Source: a virus (taxonomy: Duplodnaviria > Caudoviricetes). Taken from it: 64,000 nucleotides of DNA. This document shows positions 1-11,406 of this stretch, one piece after another; the stretch's first letter is position 1; every line of letters begins with the position of its first letter. The DNA lies in the IMG/VR virus record IMGVR_UViG_3300021400_000949, positions 1 to 64,000 of that record. One strand, 5' to 3'. Position numbers and translations under genes: made by a program. Below the pieces are notes generated by a model. That model was not told the origin of the DNA and searched no databases. It saw only the letters and a program-made list of their open reading frames with translations.

Positions 1-90
1 TTCGTTAAGTATTGCTTGAACCTGTTGGTCTGATGTATCATAAAATTTTTCAATATAATCTATAAGAGAATCTTTATCTATTAATCTCAT
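1..90 (-). CDS. Partial small phage protein (runs off window start)
   Basis: ATG at 90 gives MRLIDKDSLIDYIEKFYD..., the MRLIDAD-type N-terminus also seen in neighbour 382-666. Confidence 0.55.
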   Translation of the reverse strand, partial: MRLIDKDSLIDYIEKFYDTSDQQVQAILNE

Positions 91-91
91 T

Positions 92-385
92 TCACCACTC
101 CATTCTTGCGCCACATGATGGACAATATTTTGTCAACACTCCTACACCATCCTGTCTATAAAGATTTTGCTGATGGCACACATCACATTCTGCAACTCCT
201 GTTCCTTTTTCTATCCAATGCCCTATTTTTATTGACTCTGCTCCAATATGTTCAAACCATTGTTCCATGCGAAATATTGGAACCAATTCTGTACCATTTG
301 TATACACATGCTCAGTATCTACGACTTTGTACTCCTCCATAAATTCCTCTACGGTTTTTGGGAATTGCATCACTTCTCCGCTCAT
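92..385 (-). CDS. Small Zn-ribbon phage protein
   Basis: ORF track 92..415; likely start MSGEVMQF at 385; C-terminal GHWI...CDVC...YCPSCGARME. Confidence 0.7.
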   Translation of the reverse strand: MSGEVMQFPKTVEEFMEEYKVVDTEHVYTNGTELVPIFRMEQWFEHIGAESIKIGHWIEKGTGVAECDVCHQQNLYRQDGVGVLTKYCPSCGARMEW

Positions 386-666
386 TCGTCTACTCCTTCC
401 ATTCTCGCCCCACAATCTGTGCAGAAATTACCATTGCAACAACTTACTTCGTTACATCGTGAGCATCTATATGTATTATCACCAACTTTTATCCATTTTC
501 CGTGTCTTGTTGGCTCGGCATCTATGGTCGGTGCTTCATCTATTGCTTTTTCTATTCCTCCAGTCCAAAACATTCCGTAGTCTTGGCTATTGAAAGTGTC
601 TGTTATCGGATAGACATTGTTACATATCTGTTCTTTCAAAGCATCTGCATCAATCAGTTTCATCAT
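382..666 (-). CDS. Small Zn-ribbon phage protein
   Basis: MKLIDADAL... N-terminus; GKWI...CSRC...FCTDCGARME C-terminus; TGA stop. Confidence 0.75.
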   Translation of the reverse strand: MMKLIDADALKEQICNNVYPITDTFNSQDYGMFWTGGIEKAIDEAPTIDAEPTRHGKWIKVGDNTYRCSRCNEVSCCNGNFCTDCGARMEGVDE

Positions 667-681
667 TCACCTCATCTATCG

Positions 682-885
682 TCAGTAGTTACAACCTTTC
701 CTTTCTGCATCCGAACAAAATCCATTTTTTGGCATTCCTACACCTAAATTTTCACAACAATGCCATCCATTTTCGTCAATCTCACCGCAAAAATTACAAT
801 CTTTACACCTTACTATTTCTGCATCCCTTTTTCTATATCCATCATCAAATGCATCTTGTAAAGCTTGGCCTATATCAAACATCAT
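682..885 (-). CDS. Small Cys-rich phage protein
   Basis: 3' part of track ORF 682..1008: MMFDIGQ...IVRCKDCNFC...GFCSDAERK. Confidence 0.65.
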   Translation of the reverse strand: MMFDIGQALQDAFDDGYRKRDAEIVRCKDCNFCGEIDENGWHCCENLGVGMPKNGFCSDAERKGCNY

Positions 886-1108
886 TCTCCATCCTCGCAC
901 CACAGTTAGGACAATACTTATACGGCGCGTTCTGGTCCTTCCAAACTTCTTTTCCACGCAGTTCAATTCTATAAATCGGGCCCTTCTTCCCGCAATTTGA
1001 ACATACATTATCTAGCCATTTAGCATATTTAGGAAGTTCCATTTCTATCTTTGGACTTCTTTTTACTGCTTCTAAAAAAGAATCTATATCAATCCACTTC
1101 ATAATCAA
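875..1108 (-). CDS. Small Zn-ribbon phage protein
   Basis: AKW..CSNCG...YCPNCGARME motif. Confidence 0.7.
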   Translation of the reverse strand: MIMKWIDIDSFLEAVKRSPKIEMELPKYAKWLDNVCSNCGKKGPIYRIELRGKEVWKDQNAPYKYCPNCGARMENDV

Positions 1109-1466
1109 ACTCCTTTCTTACTTCATCACCATCAACTACAAATTCATAAGGATGCTCATGTCTATATACTATATATTCGGCGCGTTTATTAAGCCATTTT
1201 GTAATGGCATAAAGTCCTTCAGTAAATTTAAAGTGCGGTACTACATATTTATTACCCTTACCTATCAAGGTCGCACCGCCCATATCTCTACACATCCTTA
1301 AAAAGTTAGGATAGGATAAACCAGCAAGTCGCGCCAAAAAGACATCGTAGCTCCCTTTTGTGCCAGTTGGAAAAGGAAACTTTTCATGATTTATTGTAAT
1401 TATATAATCATTATTTGGAGATTCTTCCCAATAAACATATTTATTTACACTAATATCTCTGTCCAT
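1089..1466 (-). CDS. Hypothetical protein
   Basis: 125-aa ORF packed between co-oriented neighbours. Confidence 0.7.
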   Translation of the reverse strand: MDRDISVNKYVYWEESPNNDYIITINHEKFPFPTGTKGSYDVFLARLAGLSYPNFLRMCRDMGGATLIGKGNKYVVPHFKFTEGLYAITKWLNKRAEYIVYRHEHPYEFVVDGDEVRKEFDYEVD

Positions 1467-1744
1467 AACTCTTTAATCCCTTCTTCTTCTTCTTTGGTTA
1501 ACTCACATAGTTCTCCCCAATCATCCTTCCCTTTAAAGAATGAAAAGTCAATTGTTTCAGGTATCATATCCGCGGTAAATTCTTTTTTCTCGATTTTTTC
1601 TTGCGGCACATATCCTGGAATTATGTATTTTTTAACTGTACTTGGCGCGAACCCCGTTTCACGAGCGACCGCCGCATAAGTTTTATGTATTATATAAAGT
1701 TCATTAAAACGAATTATATCTTCTTGTGTAACTTTATTTGCCAT
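1445..1744 (-). CDS. HTH-containing protein
   Basis: TYAAVARETGFAPSTVKKY resembles a helix-turn-helix. Confidence 0.65.
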   Translation of the reverse strand: MANKVTQEDIIRFNELYIIHKTYAAVARETGFAPSTVKKYIIPGYVPQEKIEKKEFTADMIPETIDFSFFKGKDDWGELCELTKEEEEGIKELWTEILV

Positions 1745-2000
1745 TTTTCTTCATCCTTTCTTCATATACGGCGCAACCAGTACAATCAACTAATTTACAA
1801 TTCTTACAAGGTGTACCACTTGGGTCAACACCCTTATCATCCCATACATAGTGAACGCCGCCGAGTGGATCGGTTACTGTAATATGGAAAGATTGACGCT
1901 GATTATAAGTAAGACGCGGTAAAATTGAGTCAAAAATTGCCTGCTGGTCTGTTAATGTTAATCCTTCTATCGAGAAATCTACCTTAAATAAACTTTTCAT
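1734..2000 (-). CDS. Hypothetical protein with C-terminal Cys cluster
   Basis: 88 aa; GGAG RBS upstream; CKNCKLVDCTGC. Confidence 0.7.
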   Translation of the reverse strand: MKSLFKVDFSIEGLTLTDQQAIFDSILPRLTYNQRQSFHITVTDPLGGVHYVWDDKGVDPSGTPCKNCKLVDCTGCAVYEERMKKNGK

Positions 2001-2029
2001 ATATTCCTCTCCTTTTACTTTCTATAATT

Positions 2030-2058
2030 ATTATATCAAAATTTAGAAAATTTTTCAA
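2030..2058 (-). promoter_or_regulatory. sigmaA-type promoter
   Basis: TTGAAA-17 bp-TATAAT on the minus strand, upstream of the RBS of 1734..2000. Confidence 0.7.
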
Positions 2059-2062
2059 ATTT

Positions 2063-2115
2063 AAAAAAGCCTATGTAGTAGTAATCGCAAAATTCGTAAC
2101 CACCACTACATAGAC
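2063..2115 (-). terminator. Long hairpin intrinsic terminator
   Basis: ~20-bp imperfect stem (GTCTATGTAGTGGT...ACTACTACATAGGC) followed by a U-run, downstream of the glycosyltransferase. Confidence 0.65.
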
Positions 2116-2142
2116 CAATATATATTTAAACTGTCTCAAATT

Positions 2143-3132
2143 TTATGATAATTCTTCCATTGATTCTATATGTTTCAACCAATCATCTATTGTTATTGTC
2201 TCCATACCCATTCCCTCAGCAACAGACCTTGAACGCACTCCGTTTGAAATCTGCATCTTTTCTTGAGTTGACACATTTTCCCACATTGCCTTTTGCTTTT
2301 TAAAGTATTCAGAAAAACGCTTTTCTGTTTTATCACGGTATTCCTGATTTTCCTGATTAATCCACTCTGGTTTATTCATCGTGTAGTATGCATCAAACAC
2401 CATAAAGCAAGTGTAGAATTTTGCCTTATCGTGCATACCACGTCTTATAAATTCATTGACCAAAGCTTCATTGCTATCAAGCATATTGCTATATGTCTTT
2501 AAAATATATTTAGGGTCATGTCTACAAACTGAATCGTCACGCCACTTCCAAAGGTAGAAAGGGGTCTGACAATACTTGACATTGGCTGAAAGATTTTGAC
2601 AGAGAATATTGAAATAACTATCCTCATGTATTGTTAAAGATTCATTCCATCTAATCTTTTTATTGATTAGATATTTTCTTCTATGTACTTTACCGTGAAC
2701 AAATGTAGAATCCATTTGACGGTTAATGTACGTTACTTCTCCAGTGTTTGGTATTCTTGTTTCTTCTACAAAAATCGACACAAGACTGTCAAAGACTCCT
2801 ATATCCATTTCTCTAAAAAGAATCCATAAACCACACGCACTAAAGAACATATCATCTGCATCACAAAACATAACATATTCCGCAGACGAATGGTCGAGAC
2901 ACGCATTGCGAGTACCCGATACGCCACGATGTGGCTCTTTGTAGTATTTTATCTCGTAAGGATACGAGTTTAAAAAATCTTCTGTAAGAAAAACATCTGA
3001 ACCATCATTACAAATAATAACACCGATGTCATCAAAGTCTACGTTCTGTTGAATAGCTATGCTATCAAGTAAAGGTTTAACGACATCATCGGTTTCTTTG
3101 TACTGAGGTACTAGTATTTCTAAAGTTTTCAT
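2143..3132 (-). CDS. Glycosyltransferase family 2 (GT-A fold)
   Basis: LEILVPQY, ICNDGS, GVSGTRN, DADD motif, HEDSYFN; start MKTLE at 3132 after an RBS; no in-frame TAG. Confidence 0.9.
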   Translation of the reverse strand: MKTLEILVPQYKETDDVVKPLLDSIAIQQNVDFDDIGVIICNDGSDVFLTEDFLNSYPYEIKYYKEPHRGVSGTRNACLDHSSAEYVMFCDADDMFFSACGLWILFREMDIGVFDSLVSIFVEETRIPNTGEVTYINRQMDSTFVHGKVHRRKYLINKKIRWNESLTIHEDSYFNILCQNLSANVKYCQTPFYLWKWRDDSVCRHDPKYILKTYSNMLDSNEALVNEFIRRGMHDKAKFYTCFMVFDAYYTMNKPEWINQENQEYRDKTEKRFSEYFKKQKAMWENVSTQEKMQISNGVRSRSVAEGMGMETITIDDWLKHIESMEELS

Positions 3133-3154
3133 AAAAATTTTTTCTCCTTTATCT

Positions 3155-3180
3155 AATAAAAGGTGGGCAAAAAGCCCACC
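3155..3180 (-). terminator. Intrinsic terminator
   Basis: GGTGGGC-TTTTT-GCCCACC stem-loop plus U-run after the LRR gene. Confidence 0.65.
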
Positions 3181-3236
3181 CCAAGACATCTATAGATTGT
3201 CTCGGTATACAAAAACCATAAATAGGTTATGCCAAA

Positions 3237-5243
3237 TTAAAATCCCAACGCTTCTATCTCGGCGTCTGTTAAAGACACAAAACGAGAAGAGTAGTAAGAC
3301 CAGTTAGTAGATGTTTTATAAGAATTATATAGGCTTGCTCTCACAAATATCGAACCGTAAACTCCTCCAGTAGAAGTTGTATAAGTGCTAATTGGAGTTG
3401 AGTTAAATGCATAGTAATTAGCTAATGTGATAATCGAAGAGCCTAACAAATATAAGGATAGCAAATTATAACATGATGCAAAGGCATATGTTGCAATGCT
3501 TGTACATGATTGTAATATTATAGTTGATAAATTGCTACAATTTGAAAAAGTGCCCTGATTTATTTGACTACACAATGGTAGATTTATACTTACTAATTGT
3601 TCACATTTCATAAAAGCTGATGCTCCTATATAAGTACACAATGGCAAATATGCCATACTTAAACTATGACAATATTGAAATGCATTTGATGAAATTGATG
3701 TACATAATGGTAGATTTATACTTGTTAATACTGAACATCCTACAAATGCATTAGACCCAATCGTTTGACATACGGGCAAGAATATTGTACTTAATGAAGT
3801 ACAATAATTAAAAGCATAATTTCCCAATGTTTGACACAATGGCAGATTTATACTTGCTAATTTTGAACATCCGTCAAATACAGAATTACCAATGGAAACA
3901 CAAGATTCTACATTAATATATGTTAAACTACTACAATTTGCAAATGTTTCACGCTCAATTATAGATACCATAGGTAAATATATGCTAGTTACATTCCTTT
4001 GATATGTAAATGCTCCAGCACCAACACTTGTACATATGGGGAAATTAAGAGTATAATAACCCCCACCCCCATAAAAAACACCACCATATGCAGAACCGAA
4101 AGCAATGTAATTAATTTTGCTTACATTTTCAAAATTAAAGTCTCCAGAAAGTTGTTGATTAGTAAATTGACCAGACACTATACTCGTCAAACTATTGCAC
4201 CAATCGGTTACATCTGATGCAGTATAACTACCATAAGAAGCACGACTACTACCACTTGCATATAACATACTTCTATAAGCTAAAGTCTTATAAATCGGAG
4301 CGAATCTCTCACCCTCTGAAATATTCGTACTAACACTCGCATATTCCGTAACATCATATGTTCCGTTTGAAGTAATTGATAATGTACCTGACACTAACTC
4401 TGAAGCAGATACGGTAACCGGAGATCCGGTGATCGTGCCTCCATAGATATATCCATATGGATTCGTGACTGATGGTGTTATTAAAACTGAATGGTTAGAT
4501 ACACTGCCCTTTGTTGCTGTAGGAGTTCCTGCTGTAACGAGATCAGATGATGGGCAATTCCATGTGATCGTTCCATCTGAGTTTACAAGCAGATCATAAT
4601 TAGCTTGACCAAATATGTATTTGATATATCGAGTTCGATATGTATCATTATTGCCTCCGGTGTAAAATCCGTATGTTTGAGACTGATCATGTTCATATGC
4701 GATAGCTCTGTGATCATCTTCTCCAGGATTATTTACCAATGCAGCGCATTCAGCATATGTCATGTTACATGTAACAGCTACTATGTCCGTCCAATCATCA
4801 TCCCATGTCACATCAAAGGCAGGGATTGGTATTGCCCCAACGTACACACTGCCCGTAGTAAACCTTCCACTAGCAACTGCTAACTGCGAAGCTGTGGTTG
4901 GCGTAATTGTTTGAGCTGCTACAGTGCTTAACTAATATGTTGACGTACCTGATGTTCTAACAATCCCTGCAGTACCCGCGCTGACATATCCAGGAGTAAC
5001 TGTAGGAGTAATATTACTTGCCCCAGAATAAAAAGCTGTAATAGTTCCTGTAGTAGCTGATAGTGTTATAGAAGGATTCGTTGTAATTGTTGTTGCAGGA
5101 GTAAAGACTTCTCCCTGTGTTTTATTAAAAGTAACTGTTATATTATCTTCACAAAAAGTTCCTATAGTGTTTAAAGTAGTAACTCCACCACTATTTATAG
5201 AAGTAATAGTAGAACCTTTATATCCAATTTCTATATCTGCCAT
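3237..5243 (-). CDS. BspA-type leucine-rich-repeat fibre/adhesin (668 aa, TAG read as Gln)
   Basis: Track ORFs 4932..5243 and 3237..4847 join in frame across TAG 4932 (GTSTYQLSTVAAQTITPTT); about 8-9 repeats of AFxxCxxLxxIxLPxCxxI. Confidence 0.85.
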
Positions 5244-5245
5244 TT

Positions 5246-6028
5246 TTAACTAACACCTCCATTATAAAGTGGTAACTATAAAGTAAATAATGAAGATCCT
5301 CCACTATTTTTATAAGTTATAAGTCCTGTACTATTAATGCTTGCCTACGCTGGTGTATTAGAAGTTAAGGCTACAGTTCCTGTCGCCGCAGGAAGAGTAA
5401 CGGTATTATCAACAAGTCCTGATGAACTCCTTATCCCGATAAGCGCTACTCCACCTAACATTATGGTACCTGATTGGGATACAGTACCTACTTGTATATT
5501 GTTAACGTTTAATCTATTAGAAGATACGTTGTAAGATAAAAGTTGTGCTTTATTAACAGAAGTTGTAGTTGTACCAGAGCTAAATGAGGCACCTAATAAT
5601 ATAGAATAAGTGCCTGAAGTTACATTTTCTTGTTTAACTTTTTCATCTGTATCACTTTTTGCATTCCAATTACTAATATCCGTAGCCGTAATTCCTGCGG
5701 CCGCGCTCGCGCGGAATACCGGATCAGTCTCTGTATAAGATGTAATATAACCAACATCATTAGTAAAAGCAGAAAGCGTTGTTGGTACACTAATTGCGGC
5801 GACCCCATCTGTAACTGTTACAGTTGTTCCATTAACCGTAATTCCTGTAATTGCATCACTACTACCTGATTCAATAGTAACGGTACTTGTACTACCATCA
5901 GAACCAGTTAGTGTAAGTAAACCTGTAAGAGCGGAGTAAGATAAAGTATAGGTAACACTATCACTACTAGTACCTATCTTCATCCAAGCTCCATTTTTAT
6001 AAATATATTGATTATATAAAGTAGCCAT
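5246..6028 (-). CDS. Thr/Ser-rich fibre-like virion protein (260 aa, 2 TAG)
   Basis: Reads through TAG 5345 and 5276 to ...LQLPLYNGGVS-TAA; contains an ETDPVF motif. Confidence 0.8.
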
Positions 6029-6036
6029 TTACTCCA

Positions 6037-7437
6037 TTACTCCTTTAAAATATTATTTCCATTTAAATATGTATATAAAGATGAAAAATCGGATTGTTCA
6101 ACCCAACTTCCATTAATTTTTCTATAAATCTTTGAATACTCGACCCATACTCCATTAACCTTTACATAAATCTTTTTGGTAGACCCACCACCAATTATAA
6201 CGGCAATAATCATGTCACCGCTAATTGTTGTTTCATAAGTATAATATACCCCTGAAACTTCATATTCAAGATAAACAGTAGCACCATTAATGGCGCCGCC
6301 ATAATATCCTAATCGGCATTGAACCTGTAAATTTTCAAGTTGCGCGACTGTTGGTGTAACATTAGCTGTGACTGTCTAAGTTGAGTTTGAGGTACCAATC
6401 GATTTAAAATTTAACTCATCTGATAAATTTGTACTTCCACTTATTAGCCGCGCGCACATATATTCTGACGAGTTAGAAGTTGACTCTGCATGACCATTAA
6501 CTAACATATATAAGCTAGTTATAGTAGCATTATCTGGAATTCCGACAAAAGGCACATCATATGTAAATACCGCAATAGTACCACTTCCACCAGAATAATA
6601 GTTTGATGTAGTTTGTGTGTTATTATGACCTTTTCCAACTAGTCCTTGAAAATATGTTGCTCCACTACCATTAAAGCTACCACTAACTAATGTATACTCA
6701 CCTAATACATTGGTTTCTTCTGATGCACCACCACTATGTTTAGTAAGGGTTATAGCCGTACCATTTTTAGTAGCAGTAACCTCATCAGATGTATTGGCTG
6801 GTTCTATAACCAGATTGTACTCATCCCCATCATACATTATCTGTGTACCTGATGGGTCAATAGTTCCACTACCAGTTAAAGTAGTAGTAACCGTACGTGG
6901 GTTTGGAATTGTATAAGTAACTTCAATTTCAACACCAGCAACATAAACGTATGGATAGTTGCTTGAAGAAGTAGAGCTGTTTCTTAAAGGTATATCAATT
7001 GAAAAATTAGAGCCATACCCTTTAAGAGTGTCCCATGTCAATGATCCTGTTGGAATTTCATAAACAGTTCCATTATTAGTCGAAGACGTAGTAATATCTT
7101 GAGATAATGTGGTATTACCTATTTTATATGAGTTTGAAGCCTAACTTGCAAGACAAATACGATAGTTGGTGTTACCTGATGCTTGATAAGAACCTCTATA
7201 AGCTCTTATTTTAATTTTAAAATCAGTAACAGTTGCATTACTAGGAACATCACCAAAATTAAATCCCCTAATAAAAGCGTAGTATGTACTATTACTACTT
7301 CTACCAGCTCGTCCTCTAAGAGTACAAGTATTTGCTGTGTGGTCTGTATTATTATACATATTACTAGGGTTTGTAACTGTTACATAGTTTGTATTACTTC
7401 TAGCATAGTTGCTGGGAACTAATCTAATTGTTGCCAT
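6037..7437 (-). CDS. Beta-rich virion/adhesin protein with an internally duplicated domain (466 aa)
   Basis: Track ORFs 7141..7437 and 6376..7041 are in one frame, separated only by TAG; the repeated IPxNATIT-like domain occurs more than once; ends TAA 6037. Confidence 0.8.
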
Positions 7438-7449
7438 TTATCTACCTCC

Positions 7450-8832
7450 TTATGCCTGAAGATAAATATCTCCATTACTTCCCGTAGAAGAAGAAGGTGC
7501 TGAACTACCGGAATAACAAGTAATAAAATCAACAGTACCACTAACACCAAATATTGAAACGTTGCTAAGTATATTAGAACCAACAAGATTTGCATCACCT
7601 GAAATAGTTTGCGCGCCAGTTAGATAGGTTCCTGCGGCGATTGTTTGATTTGATGTACCAGGTGTTATTGTTGCAGCCGCCTTAGTTGTAACTGAAGTAG
7701 TAAGAGAAACTGATGAGTTTGTTGCAGTTCCGCTTGAAACATATCCTGCACTTACAACAGGAGTAACGCTAACTGTTTTGGTTAATGTTAAAGTGTTGGT
7801 ACCCGTTGAAACTGTCGCAGAAGTTCCAGAAATTGTTGAGGGCGCGCTCGCTGAACCGTTTGCAACGGCACTAATTACGTAATACCCACCCGCACTATTA
7901 TAACCAGGTGGTATATTGATGTATTGCGCTGATGTTGATCTACCAATTGTGGCTTTTGAAGTGTAGCCAGATGTAGCGCTGCTGGCGGCGGCCGTTGGTA
8001 ACGTCATAGTTGCAACAGACTTTGATGCTGCTGCCGCATAATACCCTGCTGGCGCCGTAATTGTTGCGCCGGATGCAGATAAATCATCAGAGTCGCGCTG
8101 AGTAATTCCAGACCCAATATAAGTACTTGAAATCGCGCTAACTGTTACTGGGAGATATCCATCAACTGCAATTTCGTAGATTTTAACGTTATATCTATCC
8201 AGCATGGATAACCCGTACATAGAAGTATTATTAATAACTATGTAATAACAAATAGTTTCAGCCGTTGTAGAACATACAAAATCAGCGTTATAGCTATAAC
8301 TTTTTTGTCTATCATCATCATATGCAATACATTCCATATGATATGTTGCTCCAACAGTTAATGGCGTTGGGAAGGTATAACTGTTACCAGACCCCGCCCT
8401 CATTGTCTGATTTACTATTTGGTCTTCCGAAGCACTACCATCAAAAACTTGCTCGGTTTCACTTGGAGTAACAATTAATGAGGAAACATTAAAATTTTCT
8501 ATCGGCACATTAACATTAATACTTGCATAATTAGTGACATCCTTTATACCATTAGTCGTAACCTGTAAAGTTCCTTCTGGCACTATATACTAACTAGGAA
8601 TAGGATAAACAGTAACTGTTCCCAACCCCGTATATCCTGAATCATAACTTACTAACTGCTGAGAGCTTGTTGGAGTTACTGTTTTATCCTAATTATTAAT
8701 CGTAGAGCCGCCAGTTGGTATAGCTAAAATCGCATTAGCCATCTGATTAGGATAATATGTATTACTACTTCCATTTTTGGTTCTAATGGCGGCGGCTATA
8801 TTAGAAAATAAAGTATTTAAAGCATTACTCAT
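7450..8832 (-). CDS. Tail/whisker fibre-like protein (460 aa, 2 TAG)
   Basis: MSNALNTLFSNIAAAIR...INN(Q)DKTVTP...PIPS(Q)YIVP; GDANLVGSNILSNVSIFGVSG and C-terminal APSSSTGSNGDIYLQ fibre motifs. Confidence 0.85.
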
Positions 8833-8833
8833 C

Positions 8834-9223
8834 TCAATAAGCCACCCCCAATACGTCATTTATTACATCATCAATAATTGACTTAACATCAACTGAACTA
8901 GTTGAACCATCAGAACCATATAATACAATATTATCATTACTGTCTGTGCTTAAAGTATAAGTAACTCCTGTTGTCGGAGTGTCACCGCCGCCATCATATT
9001 CCTATGAAATTAAATAAACAGCATTTTGGTCTATATTAGTTGTGGGTAACGATTGAACAACCGTATACCCATCAACTAACTTTCTTGTTGTTACACTACC
9101 CGCAGCATTTGTTATAACTGTTTTATTAGCTTCAGTAGAACCCATGGCTACAGGTACTTTTGATGTATCTTTTAGATTATAACTTGTACCATCGGGCAAT
9201 TGTATTTGTTTAATATCTGCCAT
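8834..9223 (-). CDS. Small virion-associated protein (129 aa, 1 TAG)
   Basis: MADIKQIQLPDGTSYNLKD...; reads through TAG 9002 to TGA 8834. Confidence 0.75.
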
Positions 9224-9244
9224 AGGTTACCTCCCTTTTAAAAA

Positions 9245-10351
9245 TTAAGAATTTGTTCCAACAGTAACTGTTGTAGCATTTGTAAGAACTGTAGAATCTG
9301 TCTTAGTAACTGTTACACCATTAGATGTAAGTGCGGCACTTGATACTCCTGTCATAACAGAAACAGCGTCAAAATCTGTACTATCTGCTTCAAGAGTAGC
9401 TGTGTAGCTTGGTACATCAGTAACAAAGCTTGAAGAGGTAGGTGAAGCATAACCTGTAACTGCATTTCCAGTTGAAGCAGTTCCAAGACCGGTCATAACA
9501 GAGCCACCAGTACCTGAAGCATTTAATGCGCCAGTAGCTACTGTTGTTGCAGTACCAACCTTTGCAGCGGTCAGTGCCGTACCAAGTGTTGTATTTGAAG
9601 CTGTTACATCCACACCAGTTGGCGCCGTACTATTAGCACCAGAAATAATCAAAACTTCATCAGTAACTGTATAATCCCAAGTTGAAGCAGTACCGTAGCT
9701 ATTAATCTTTGTGGCAGTAACAGATGTATTTCCCGTAACATTAGGAATTGAAATTGTTCCATTTGTAGGTGTAATACTTGTTGTTACGAGCTTTGAGGTA
9801 GCTCCTGGGTAACTTTTTACAAAAGATTCTGTTGAAGGATTTCCAAGACCAGTAATTGCATTAGCTGTTGTCTTAGAACCTGTAGTTTCAAGTACTACAT
9901 CAAGATTTGTTGTTGTAGGTGTAACGTTAACAGCAGTATTTGTTACTGTTGCGCCAGTTACGTTACTTGCTGTGGCTGTTTGCTTATTAAGGGTTACTGT
10001 ATCTTTATAAGCGAGTTCGCCTAAATCACTAAGATCAATATCTGTGCTTCCTAAACGCTCCCAAGAATAGTTACCACCATCTTCAACAGTAACATATTCA
10101 TCATAAACATCTTTTTGTGATGTTGTGCTAGCTGGTACTAAATAAATTGAACCCATTGTTGTTGTTGAAGCAACAAGTGTACCTGTTATTTCAATACTAC
10201 TAGCATTAATCCACTTTACGCCCTGTGGTGTAGATGCGGCGTCCTTAGATACGATAAAGGCAACACCCGCAGAAATAGCCTGTCTCGCAACCGCGTCTTT
10301 TATATCATACGTAGTACCACTAGGTAATGTAATTCTACTAATATCTGGCAT
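9245..10351 (-). CDS. Thr-rich fibre-like protein
   Basis: 368-aa ORF; MPDISRITLPSGTTYDIKD; YDEYVTV...WERLGST; no TAG. Confidence 0.8.
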   Translation of the reverse strand: MPDISRITLPSGTTYDIKDAVARQAISAGVAFIVSKDAASTPQGVKWINASSIEITGTLVASTTTMGSIYLVPASTTSQKDVYDEYVTVEDGGNYSWERLGSTDIDLSDLGELAYKDTVTLNKQTATASNVTGATVTNTAVNVTPTTTNLDVVLETTGSKTTANAITGLGNPSTESFVKSYPGATSKLVTTSITPTNGTISIPNVTGNTSVTATKINSYGTASTWDYTVTDEVLIISGANSTAPTGVDVTASNTTLGTALTAAKVGTATTVATGALNASGTGGSVMTGLGTASTGNAVTGYASPTSSSFVTDVPSYTATLEADSTDFDAVSVMTGVSSAALTSNGVTVTKTDSTVLTNATTVTVGTNS

Positions 10352-10369
10352 TTTTCATTTTCTCCTTTT

Positions 10370-10921
10370 TTATTCTGTGGTTAATACGAGGGTTTCCTCG
10401 TCTGTTAAAGAATAATAAGCACTTACCTTATTATTCCAAAAAGCTCTTTCGGCATTTGTTATATGAATAGCAGAATTGTTTATATGCTCTTCAAACAAAT
10501 TGTTCGCAAATGGTAAATCAATTAAATATGCTTTTCCATCACCAATTTTATAATCAGGCACTGGTTGTCCCTAAGAGTTTGTTGAATGGTTAGTATATAT
10601 GTACACCGCATTTTTTTCAGAAACAACTTCAACCTAACTATCAAAACTTTCCTAAGTACCAATATAAATAGCACTTACGTTTATGTTTAGGGCGGCGATC
10701 GCATCAACTAATTCAGTCTTAGAAGCAATATTTAATGCGTCTAATGACATATCACCAATTAACTCAATACCCTCAATAGAAGGCTTGTTAATTAATTTAT
10801 TATAATCATTAATACCCACAACGGTTGGTGTATTTAATACACCATTTAATCCCGCAACTGGTGAAATATTACCACTGATTTTTAATACCCCCGATAACTT
10901 CCCAGTAATCTTATCGGCCAT
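10370..10921 (-). CDS. Phage fibre-associated protein (183 aa, TAG-containing)
   Basis: Joins 10652..10921 and 10370..10561 in frame; YNKLINKPSIEG and KIGDGKAYLIDLPF motifs. Confidence 0.8.
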
Positions 10922-11274
10922 TAATGAATCTCTCTAGTCAGTACAAATTTAGCGTCAGCAATAAATGTATCAACTACACCTGTACTAAAAGTAATTTCTA
11001 TATCATAGGCATAAGTTCCAAAACTCAAATCTTTTGTATCCTCGGGGTCAAGCTACAATAATAAAGTATCATTTGGAATTACTTTTAATATAAGCGGTTG
11101 TCTGTCCGCAAATTCATTTTTTGCCTAATTCATAACATTTCTTTTAAGGGCGAAACGAATTACATCACCCTCGACAGGAGTATAAATTTCATCATTTTTA
11201 AATATTTCAACATTGGTAAAAAAACTATCCCCTCTGGTTAAGGAAATAGTGGTTCCCTCAATCTTAGATGCCAT
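10921..11274 (-). CDS. BppU-N-like beta-sandwich protein (117 aa, 2 TAG; absent from ORF track)
   Basis: MASKIEGTTISLTRGDS...LDPEDTKDLSFGTYAYDIEIT...DTFI. Confidence 0.75.
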
Positions 11275-11355
11275 TCTAATTTATCCCTCCTAAAATTATT
11301 CTAAAATAAAGTGAATAGTTGTTTTTGTAAATTCGTTCTTTTCATACCTAATAAT

Positions 11356-11384
11356 ATTATAACAAAAAACTCCTCAAAACGCAA
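11356..11384 (-). promoter_or_regulatory. sigmaA-type promoter overlapping the holin terminator
   Basis: TTGCGT-17 bp-TATAAT; the -35 lies within the hairpin at 11370-11395. Confidence 0.55.
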
Positions 11385-11395
11385 GTTTTGAGGAG
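11364..11395 (-). terminator. Intrinsic terminator after the holin
   Basis: Perfect 11-bp stem CTCCTCAAAAC/GTTTTGAGGAG plus U-run. Confidence 0.75.
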
Positions 11396-11406
11396 CTAAG
11401 GGGATT

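Noticed and set aside
3237-4300. LRR repeats as a CRISPR array or a DGR variable region
   Set aside because: The repeats are degenerate, in-frame protein repeats; no reverse transcriptase or template/variable repeat pair was seen in this window.
10695-10702. Cyanobacterial HIP1 site GCGATCGC
   Set aside because: Only one copy was noticed; the enriched word is GGCGCG/CGCGCC.
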